A DNA stretch of 64,000 nt, taken from assembly GCF_009914755.1 (NCBI RefSeq), contig NC_060926.1. The stretch is one strand, 5' to 3'. The notes under the pieces are model-generated. The model ran no database searches and was not told the origin of the DNA. It saw nothing but the letters and a program-made list of their open reading frames with translations. Of this stretch, positions 54,805 through 64,000 are shown in pieces (the first letter of the stretch is position 1; each line of letters begins with the position of its first letter). The DNA comes from the human T2T-CHM13v2.0 reference genome, Homo sapiens. A program made the translations under genes and the position numbers.

Positions 54805-56720
54805 ACTTATTCATTCACACAATTATTCGTTCAACATTTAATGATGTGCCAGAAACTGTGCAGCTCCAAAAGAAAAATGATTTGTTCCTTCCAGGTGCCC
54901 TTAAGGATCAAAGTTAAGCCATACCTTTTCTTACTCTTAGGATACCTTTCCACGTTTGACTATGTCTTTACTTTTGATTTATTTTGGGTTAGTGGAGAGA
55001 CACTGAATAGTTTTATGAAGGAAAATAGCACAATCAATGTTATATTTTTACTTTTTTAGAGGTTGCTTCTCTAGCAACTGTCTAGAGGATGGGTAAAAGA
55101 ATCATGAACTTAAGGCAAGGGACCCTTAAAGAGCCACTGAAATTGAAGGGGTCCAGTAAAAGATGATGAGGGCTCACATTAAGATGGAGCAGTGAGGACA
55201 GCTCAGAGATAGTCTTGTGCGTTGGTAGAGAGAAGGGAGTCAAGGATGACTCTCAGGCTCTTGACTTGGATAAGGAAACAATAGTGACAAAGAGTCAATT
55301 ACTGAGATAGGGAATATACAGCAAAATAGACTATGGGGTAGAAAGAAGTTAATGAGCAGTTTGCAATGTGTTGAGTTTGAGATACCTAAGTCCATCTAGA
55401 TATATGTGTTCATGAGACAACTGGTTATGTTATCTGATACATTTATATATTATACATAATATATATATGATGTATGATATATATAATTATATATGATATA
55501 TTATGTATAATATATATTATAGATTACATATAAATTATATATATAATATATAATTATATAATATATAATATTATATAATATATATATTATACAATTATAT
55601 AATATATATAATATACAATTATATAATATATAATATACAATTATATAATATATAATACAATATAATATATATTTAATATATTATATAATACATATTTAAT
55701 ATATTATATATTATATGTTATATACTAAATATATAATATGTATTTAATATATACTATTATATATGTAATATATTATATAATTTATGTAACATATTATATA
55801 TTATATATGCAATATATTACATGTTACATATATATTACATATAATATATGTAATATATAATATACACTATATTATTATAGTATATAATATACTATATTAT
55901 GTAATTATATAATATAGTATATTATACACTATATTATATTATTATATAATTATATATTATATACTATATTACATATATATTATGTAATATAATATGCAAT
56001 ATGTTACATATATAATATATATGTATTATATAGTATATATACTATAGTATATATAAAATATATGCTATAATATATAATATATTTTATATATTATATAATA
56101 CATATAATGTATCATATATTATATATAATATATTTTATAATATATTACATATGTATCACACATATATCACATACATGTAATATATTACACATTACATATC
56201 ACACACATGTAACATATTACATATCACACACTACATATATGTAACATATTACATATCGCATATCACACATATATAACATATTACATATCACATATTACAT
56301 ATATGTAATATATCACATATCACATATTACATATATGTGACATATCACACATCACATATATGCAGCATATCACATGCATGCAACATATCACATATACGTA
56401 ACATGTCATATATATGCAACATGTAACATATATGTTGCATGTCATATATTACCTATATGCAACACACCGCATATTGAATATATGTAACATCACATATTAC
56501 ATATATGTAATATATTACTACATATATGTAGCGTCACATAGTACATATATGTAACATATTACATATATGTAATATGTTACATATTACATATTACATGATA
56601 TATATAGAACTTTAATGACTTTTGAAGAAGAAGTGATTGATAAGAGCATGTAAAATGAGAAGGCCAGGAGTCCAAGGAGGAAACATTGGGGAGAACCAAG
56701 ATTTAAGAATGAATTACTGA
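54805..56720 (-). mobile_element. L2 fragments, interrupted by the AT-rich tract
   Basis: TTCATTCAC...CAACATTTAATGATGTGCCAG; GGAGTCAAGGATGACTCTCAGG; GTTGAGTTTGAGATACCT. Confidence 0.55.
55438..56606. repeat. ~1.17-kb AT-rich low-complexity tract: degenerate (TA)n grading into (CATATTA/CATATCA)n
   Basis: Directly visible; composition shifts near 56150. Confidence 0.95.
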
Positions 56721-57545
56721 GCAGTGGTTCAATAACTAATTCTTTAACTGGATTCAGCCTAAAGTTTATCTTGTCATCTGAATTCTTTCCTTGATGTATT
56801 AAATATACAATTAAATGCTAGAAATTATATATATATAATATATAAATGAATGCTAGATATATAAATGAATGCTAGATATATAATATATATAAACAAATGC
56901 TAGAAATATATATGTAATTTCTAGCATTTATAATTGACTTTTTAACATACCAACCTGTTTTGTTTCAAATGTACCTATATTTGTTCCATAATCCCCTGTT
57001 TTGATAAATAAGAAATTTTCCTTCTTTTATCAGCTTGAGGATATTAAAGTGCTTATTTTAAAAACCTTTTACATTTCTTTATCGTTTGCATCTCCTTAGA
57101 AATCAGCTCTTCTTATTGTTGAGTTTCATTTAATGGATTAGCTGTCTTTGTAAGACTTTAAATTTTGACTTGTAAGCTCATCTTAAGTAAGAGATTTTCG
57201 TCTCTCTCCTGATGTAATCCTTAGTGATTTGGCAGTTGCTTTGCTTTGGATTCTGAGAGTTCCCAGTTCAGAATGATGTCTTATATTGGCTTGGGGATAT
57301 TGCATATCCAATGTTGGAAGCCTTTGTTCTTTCTTGTTATCCAAGCCCAACAGCCTTTCATTTTAGCCTCTGTTCACAGAGAGAGATAGGTTTGTTCCAG
57401 CTCATATTTTTCAAAATTGAACCTGAATGTAGGCTCCTATGTACATGGGGTGCTTTTGTCCTTACTCTCTTGCAGCAGCTGACTTTCCAGTGACCAACAC
57501 TTGTTTTTTGTCTTGGAGCATAGGATGCTTAGAGCTACAACCTAC

Positions 57546-57661
57546 TTTTTATTATTATGTATTTTTTTTAAATTTTATTATTATTATATTTTAAGTTTTA
57601 GGGTACATGTGCAGAACGTGCAGGTTTGTAACATATGTACACCTGTGCCATGTTGGTGTGC
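57546..57661 (-). mobile_element. Short L1PA 3' end
   Basis: TTTTAAGTTTTAGGGTACATGTGCAGAACGTGCAGGTTTG...GTGCCATGTTGGTGTGC. Confidence 0.85.
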
Positions 57662-57836
57662 CATATCTGAACCACAAAGATGTTTGTACATTTTTTATTA
57701 CAGCTGTGTCTTATAAAGACATTTAAAAAATTTAAGCTATTATTGTAAAGTGTTCAGAGTGAAGAAGAGATGGGGATTTCCAAGTGAATCCACTCTATTT
57801 ACTTGATTGTTTTTCTTTTTTCCTTTTGTTTTTCAG

Positions 57837-57894
57837 GATAGGATGGGAGATATGAGCATAATCATAGGCACACAGATACTGCGGCCAATGAAAG
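57837..57894 (+). ncRNA. Candidate spliced exon (58 bp), host transcript unknown
   Basis: Long polypyrimidine acceptor TTTTTCTTTTTTCCTTTTGTTTTTCAG| with a CTTGAT branch-like site upstream, and donor AAG|GTGAGT; one frame open (DRMGDMSIIIGTQILRPMK) but not recognised as a protein. Confidence 0.55.
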
Positions 57895-58056
57895 GTGAGT
57901 GTGTAAGAGTATAGACACATTTGTCTCCACGATGTGAAGATAAGGTCATGTTGTAAGAGAAAAGAATATAAACTCTTTGTGCATGTACTTATTCTCTAAC
58001 CAGTTTTCTAAAAAACTGCTTGATGAATATGGTCTTGGTAAGAAGGGCCATTTTGA

Positions 58057-58343
58057 GGCCAGGTGTGGTCGCTCAAACCTGTAATCCCAGCACTTTGGGA
58101 GGCCGAGGAGGGTGGATCACAAGGTCAGGAGTTCAAGACCAGCCTGGCCAAGATGGTGAAACCCCGTCTCTACTAGAAATACAAAAAGTAGCCAGGCATG
58201 GTGGTGGGCGCCTGTAATCCCAACTACTCGGGAGACTGAGGCAGGGAATTGCTTGAACCCGGGATGTGGAGGTTGTAGTGAGCCAAGATCTTGCCACTGC
58301 ACTCCAGCCTGGATGACAGAGCAAGACAACGTCTCAAAAAAAA
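58057..58343 (+). mobile_element. AluS (Sg-like)
   Basis: GGATCACAAGGTCAGGAGTTCAAGACCAGCCTGGCCAAGATGG; TSD AAGGGCCATTTTGA / AGGGGCATTTTGA. Confidence 0.92.
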
Positions 58344-58904
58344 GGGGCATTTTGAGAAGTTGTGACCAAACAAATCCTGTGCTTATTTAACACTTTTGTT
58401 TTTCAACTTCTCAAAGGTGGTTGTTTTGGGGGAAAAGGAGGCAATATGCTGATGTACTTGTTGGGGATTGATAGGACCAGAGAGAAAACAGAAAAAAAGG
58501 AGGATTGTTCATGGTTATAAATCCATGCTTTTCTTATCTGCAGTAAATTTATTTCTTCCATTGACATGATTTTCTCCCAATAGAAAAATTACTTTGATAC
58601 TTTTATTTCCTTTATCAAAAATTTATTTCCTCTGAACGTTAAAAAAAAAAAAAAAAAACTTTGTCTGCACTCCATTTTGTGCCATGGTGATGTCCTAATC
58701 TAAATGCAATCTTTTTGTGTACTGCCATTAATCTTTACAGAGGCACTCTCTTCCCCTTGATTATAACATAATACTTTTTCTGTGTAGCCAAAAATGGTGG
58801 TGTTCTTTTTGTGAATATTAAATTGCATTGTAGGCCTGTTTTTCCTGTCCCTCGATAATAGGAGTCTATCTTTCTTTAATGTCAGACTTCAGGGGGACAC
58901 GTTT

Positions 58905-61900
58905 ATCTTTTTTTTTTTAAACTGTATCTTTGAATGCAACACACATATAGAAAAGTATGTTAAGTCCTAAGCTTGGTAATTTTTCATGCAGTGAATACAC
59001 TGTGTAACTGTAACCCAGATCAAGAAAAGAAAATTACCAGCTCCTCAGAGAACCTTCTCTTGTTTTCTCCTAGTCACTTATTATCTTTCTCAATGGTAAC
59101 AATATCATGACTTCTATCACTGTCTGTAAGTTTTATCAATTCTTAACTTATATAAATGGAATTATACAATATGGACACCCTTTTGGCTGGCTTCTTTCAC
59201 TTAACAGTATGTTCGTAAAACTCTCCCATGTTGTTGTTGTGGCAGTAATTTATTCATTTCCATTGCTGTTTAATATTCTATTGTATGACTATAACATGAT
59301 TAATCCATCTAATTTATTATGGATATTTGTGTTTCCAATTTTTGGCTATTATGAAAACTGCTGCTATGAACATTCATGGATGTTCACATAAGGCATTCTC
59401 GTATGTCTTTTGTTGAATATCTGTGCACATGTAACTAAAGGTGGAATTGCTAGGCCATAAGGAATATGTATGTTCAATTTTTGTAGATTATCACTGAATG
59501 GTTTTTCAAAATTGTTTTACCAATTTACTTCCTCATCAGCAGCATATGTGTGTTCTGGTTGCTTCTTATTCTTGCCAACACTTGTCATTTACCATTAGCT
59601 CTTCCGGTGTATAATAAAATGACACTGTGGTTTTAACTTACGTTTTCTTGAAGACTACTCTCAGTTACATTTCTTTGGACTAACTTACATTTCGATGAAG
59701 GGAAATGATGTTGAGAAAATTTCCATGTGTTTATTAGCCATTTGCAGAACGTTTTTTTGTCAGAGTCAACTGTTCTAATAGGTTGTTGTAGTAGGCTGTT
59801 ATTGATTTGTAGAAATTCTTTTAAATTCTGGATTTGAGTTGTCTGATAGATAAACAATTGCAAATTTCTCACCACATTTTGTTGCTTGATTTTTTTTTAC
59901 TCTTGTAATGGTATCTTTGGATGTAGAGAATTTTACTATTTTAGTATAGTCTAATTTATCTTTTAATTTATAATTAGTGCTTTTTATGTCTTATTTAAGA
60001 AATCTTTGTTTATCACAGGTTCACAAGGATTTTAAAAAATTTGTTTTCTATAAGTTTTATTCTTTGATGTTTTAAATTTAGATCTACAGTCTATCCAGAA
60101 TGGATATTTGTGTATGAAGTGAGATGGAATCAAGAATTATTTAATTACTAGATAGGTATCTAATTAACAGAGCACCATTATTTAAGAAAATACTTCTTTC
60201 TATACCATAGTGTCTCCTTATAAAAAAAATGCCCCTACTTGAGCACAGTGGCTCCCACATGATATCTCAGCTACTCAAGAGGCCAAGGCAGGAGGATCGC
60301 TTGAGGCAAGGTGTTCAAGATCAGCCTGGGCAGCGTAGCGAGATCATGTTTCTACAAAAAGTAAAAAAAATTAGCCAGGTGAGGTGATGTGCATCTGTAG
60401 TCCTAGCTACTCAGGAGACTGAGACAGGAGGATCACTTGAGTCTAGGAATTCAGGGCTACAGTGAACTATGACTGCACCACTGCACTCCAGCATGGGAGA
60501 CAGAGTGAGACCCCATCTCAAACCAAAACCAAACCAAACCAAACCAAAACAAAATAAAATCAGTCCAGAAGTGGCTGTATATGTGTGGGTATTTTTTTGG
60601 ACTCTATTCTGTTCTCTTGGCCTATCTATGTTCCAAATACTGTATCTTAATTGCTGGAAGTTTCTATCTGTAGTCTTAATAATGATATTGTTAGTTCTCC
60701 AGCTCTGCTTTTCTTCAGTATTCTTGAAGAAAACACTTTAGTTGTTTGTTTCCATTTCTATATAAATTTTAAAAATCAGCTTGTTTCTTGCTTCCTCCTT
60801 AAAGCATTCTGGAATTTTGACTGACACAGCATTTAGTCTAAGTATCAATTTTGAGAGAAGCAACAATTTAACAGCATTGAGTCTTCAAATCTATGAACAT
60901 GGTATTTTTCTTTACTTAAATAGATCTTCTTTAATTTATTCTCATAATGTTTTTGTGTTTAGGATTTGCATATATATTGTTGAATTTATTCCTATGTTTT
61001 AGGTGCTTTACAAAATGATATTTTAAAAAATTTTTCATAGTTTATTGTTAGCATATAGAGGTATATTTATTTTTACATGTTGATCTTATACAGATTCATT
61101 GCTAAATCCCCTTATTAATCTGAACATTCCATTGGATTTTCTATGTATGCAGTTATATCATCTATATCATTTATTCAAATGAAAAATTTATTTTTCTTTT
61201 TCAGTATTTGTAACATATTAAAATTATAAATATATGTGTGTATGTGTGCACACATATATGTTCTAATTTTTTTCAATTGCACGATTTATAGTGTTGAATG
61301 AAAATGATAATAGCATCTATTCTTGTCTTATTCCTAATATCTGGGGTAGGGGTGGGAAGGAAATCTTTCAAATTTCAACATTAAATATTATGTTCTCAAT
61401 AGATTCTTATAAATATCTTTTATTTGATTAGATAAGTTTCTGTCTATTCCTAGTTTGCCAAGAGCCTATCAAAAAATCATAAGTGGATGTTGAACTTTAT
61501 TAAATACCTTTACCTGTATGTATGTATGTGATTTTATGATTTTTCTCCTTTACTTCGTTGAAGTGGTAAATTATACTGATTAATTTGGGATTGTATTCTT
61601 TGAATAAATCTCAATTGGTCATGATATGTTTTCTTTTATATACTACTGGATCTTATTTCCTAATATTTTGTTTAGAATTATTTTTGCCTATTTTCATGAG
61701 GGAAATTGGCCTATACATTTTCTTCCTGAATTGCATTTGTCAGGTTTCAGTAATGCTGGCTTTATAAAATGAATTGGGAAGTGTTCTTTTTTTCCTGTTA
61801 TCTAGAAGAATTTATGTGGAATTCATATTATATCTTTTAAAGTGTTTGGAGGAATTCACCAGTAAAGCCATCTAGGTCTGGAGATTTTTTTTGTGGTAAA

Positions 61901-63140
61901 CTTTTGATTACAGATTCCATTTCTTTTCTAGTATAGCAATCTTCTAATTTTCTATTTCTTTTGTGTTACTTTTGTAAGTTGTAGCTATCTAGAAATTTAT
62001 TAATTTTATATGCATTTTCAAATTTACTGGCAAACATTTATAGTATTTTCTAATTTTTCTTTTTAATGTCCATAATGTCTATAGTGATATCCTCCTTTGT
62101 TTGCCTGACATTGGTCATTTGTGCCTTTTTTTTTTTTTTTTGGCTTTTCTTGTTAGGGGTTATAATTTTATTAGTTTTCTTAAAAATTCAATTTTGGATT
62201 TGTTAATTTTCTCTGTGGTGCATATTTTTTACTTCATCTGTTTCTGCTCTTATCTTTGTAACTTTTCCCATCTACTTTTCTTTGAATTTAATTTGCTGTT
62301 GTTTTCTAACTCCTTGAGATGGACATTCAGATAATTGCTTTTCAGTCTGTATTTTTGTTTAAAATATTTATTTTAGGCTAAAATGCCTCCTGTAATTATA
62401 GTTTTAGCTGAACTCCACAAGATTCATTATATTATATTTTAGTTATAATTAAATTTAAAATATTTTCTAATTTTCATTGTAGTTATTTCTTTGACTCCTA
62501 AGTTGTTTAGTTTCCAAGTACTTGGGGATTTTAAAATTATCTTTTTTGTTACCAATCTCTAGGTTAATTTATCTCAATGATTCCAATTTTTTGACGTTGA
62601 GATTTACTTTATGGCCCATCATATAGTAAACTTTGGTAAGTGTTTCTGTGCATACGAAAAATGTTTATCCTGTGCATACGAAAAATGTTTATTCTGTTGT
62701 TTTGGCTCAAATATTCATGAAAATAAGGTAAATCAGTTATTTGTATCATTAAGATTTTTATTGCATATTCTATCTACTCCTGAGAGAGCTGTCTTAAATT
62801 TTCTCACTATGATTATGGATGCATCCATTTCTCTCTTTAGTTCTGTTAAATATTACTTTATATATTTCAAAGCTGTACTATTAGGAAGATACAAGTGTAA
62901 AATTGTTGTATCTCTGTTTTCACCATTATGAAAATCATTCTTTACCTCTTATTATGTATTCTCTTTTACCATTATGGGAATCCTTCTTTACTTGTTGGCA
63001 TCTTGTATCTTGCCTTAAAGTATATTTTTATGATAGTATGACTGTAACAGGTTTTTTAAAGATTAGTTTTTGCATATTATATAATTTTTCCATCATTTTA
63101 TTTATGTGTTTTTATTTTAAGTTGTGGTTCTTATGAGCAG
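58905..63140 (-). mobile_element. Ancient L1M (L1ME/MD-like), degraded
   Basis: CCCAGATCAAGAAAAGAAAATTACCAG, TATAAATGGAATTATACAATATG...GGCTTCTTTCACTTAAC, TTTTCATGAGGGAAATTGGCC and GAATTCACCAGTAAAGCCATCT. Confidence 0.75.
60238..60560 (+). mobile_element. AluJ with an (AAACC)n tail
   Basis: GGAGGATCGCTTGAGGC...GGAGGATCACTTGAG...GAGACCCCATCTCAAACCAAAACCAAACC. Confidence 0.88.
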
Positions 63141-63147
63141 AATATAC

Positions 63148-64000
63148 ATTTTAATTTTTTATTTCTAATTTTTGTGGGTACATAGTGGTGTATATACTTA
63201 CGGGGTACATGGAATGTTTTGATACAGTCATGTAATGTGAAAGAAGCACGTCATGGAGAATGGGGTATCCATCCTCTCAAGCATTTAATTCTTTGAGTTA
63301 TAAACAATCCAATTACACTCTTTAAGTTATGTTAAATGTACAATTATTACCGACTGTAGTTACTCTGTTGTGCTATCAAATTGTAGGTCTTATTCATCCT
63401 TTCTATTTTTTGGTACCCATTAATCATCTCCACTGCCCCCCTACCCCCAACCCTCCCACTACCCTTCCAAGCCTCAGGTAAATATGTCCATGAGTTCAAT
63501 TGTTTTGAATTTTAGATCCCATAAACAAGTGAGAATATGTAATCTTTGTCTGTCTGTGCCTGGCTTGTTTCACTTAACCTAATGATCTCCAGTTCTATCC
63601 ATGTTGTTGCAAATGACTGGGTCTCATTTTTTTTATGGCTGAATAGTACTCCATTGTGTATATGTACCACATTTTCTTTATCAGCTCATCTGTTGATGCA
63701 CACTTACGTTGCTTCCAAATCTTAGCTATTGTAAAAAGTGCTGCAACAAACATAGGAGTGTGGATATCTCTTTGATAAGCTGATTTCCTTTCTTTTGGGC
63801 ATATACCTAGATGTAGGATTACTGGATCATATGACAGCTCAATTTTTAGCTTTTTGAGAAACCTCCAAAGTGTTTTCCATAGTGGTTGTATTGATTTAAA
63901 TTCCCACCAACAGGGTACAAGGGTTTTCTTTTCTCCATATCCTCGCTAGCATTTGCTATTGCCTGTCTTTTGGATATAAGCCCCATTTCAACTGTGGTGA
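63148..64000 (-). mobile_element. L1MA2/3-like 3' end, continuing beyond the window
   Basis: TAATTTTTGTGGGTACATAG...GGGGTACATG...CATGGAGAATGGGGTATCCATCC...AACAATCCAATTACACTC. Confidence 0.85.

Overview
Primate (human-like) gene-poor, repeat-dense genomic DNA. No intact protein-coding gene, rRNA, tRNA or CRISPR array is supportable. The only cellular-gene homology is an old, intronless UBQLN4 processed pseudogene (CDS remnant ~3331-5082, + strand). The rest is mostly transposable elements: a full-length dead Hsmar2 mariner (8539-9829, -), a full-length dead L1PA7-like LINE with TSDs (22127-28596, +), long ancient L1M elements carrying nested insertions (33950-43290, 58910-63140), a complete LTR-int-LTR MaLR (43404-45839), several solo LTRs, ~14 Alu/FLAM copies, MIRs, L2s, hAT MITEs and large simple-sequence tracts. 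Subfamily names are recognised by eye from remembered consensus sequences and need RepeatMasker/Dfam confirmation; boundaries of old elements are approximate. Several well-formed splice-site pairs suggest non-coding exons on both strands. I found no evidence for a new multi-gene biological system. The most interesting signals are small: a perfect 29-bp inverted repeat copying the end of an LTR (90-nt hairpin), an L1PA2-like insertion with a probable short 3' transduction, several fold-back/template-switch scars, a perfect CTCF motif inside an LTR, and candidate lncRNA exons.
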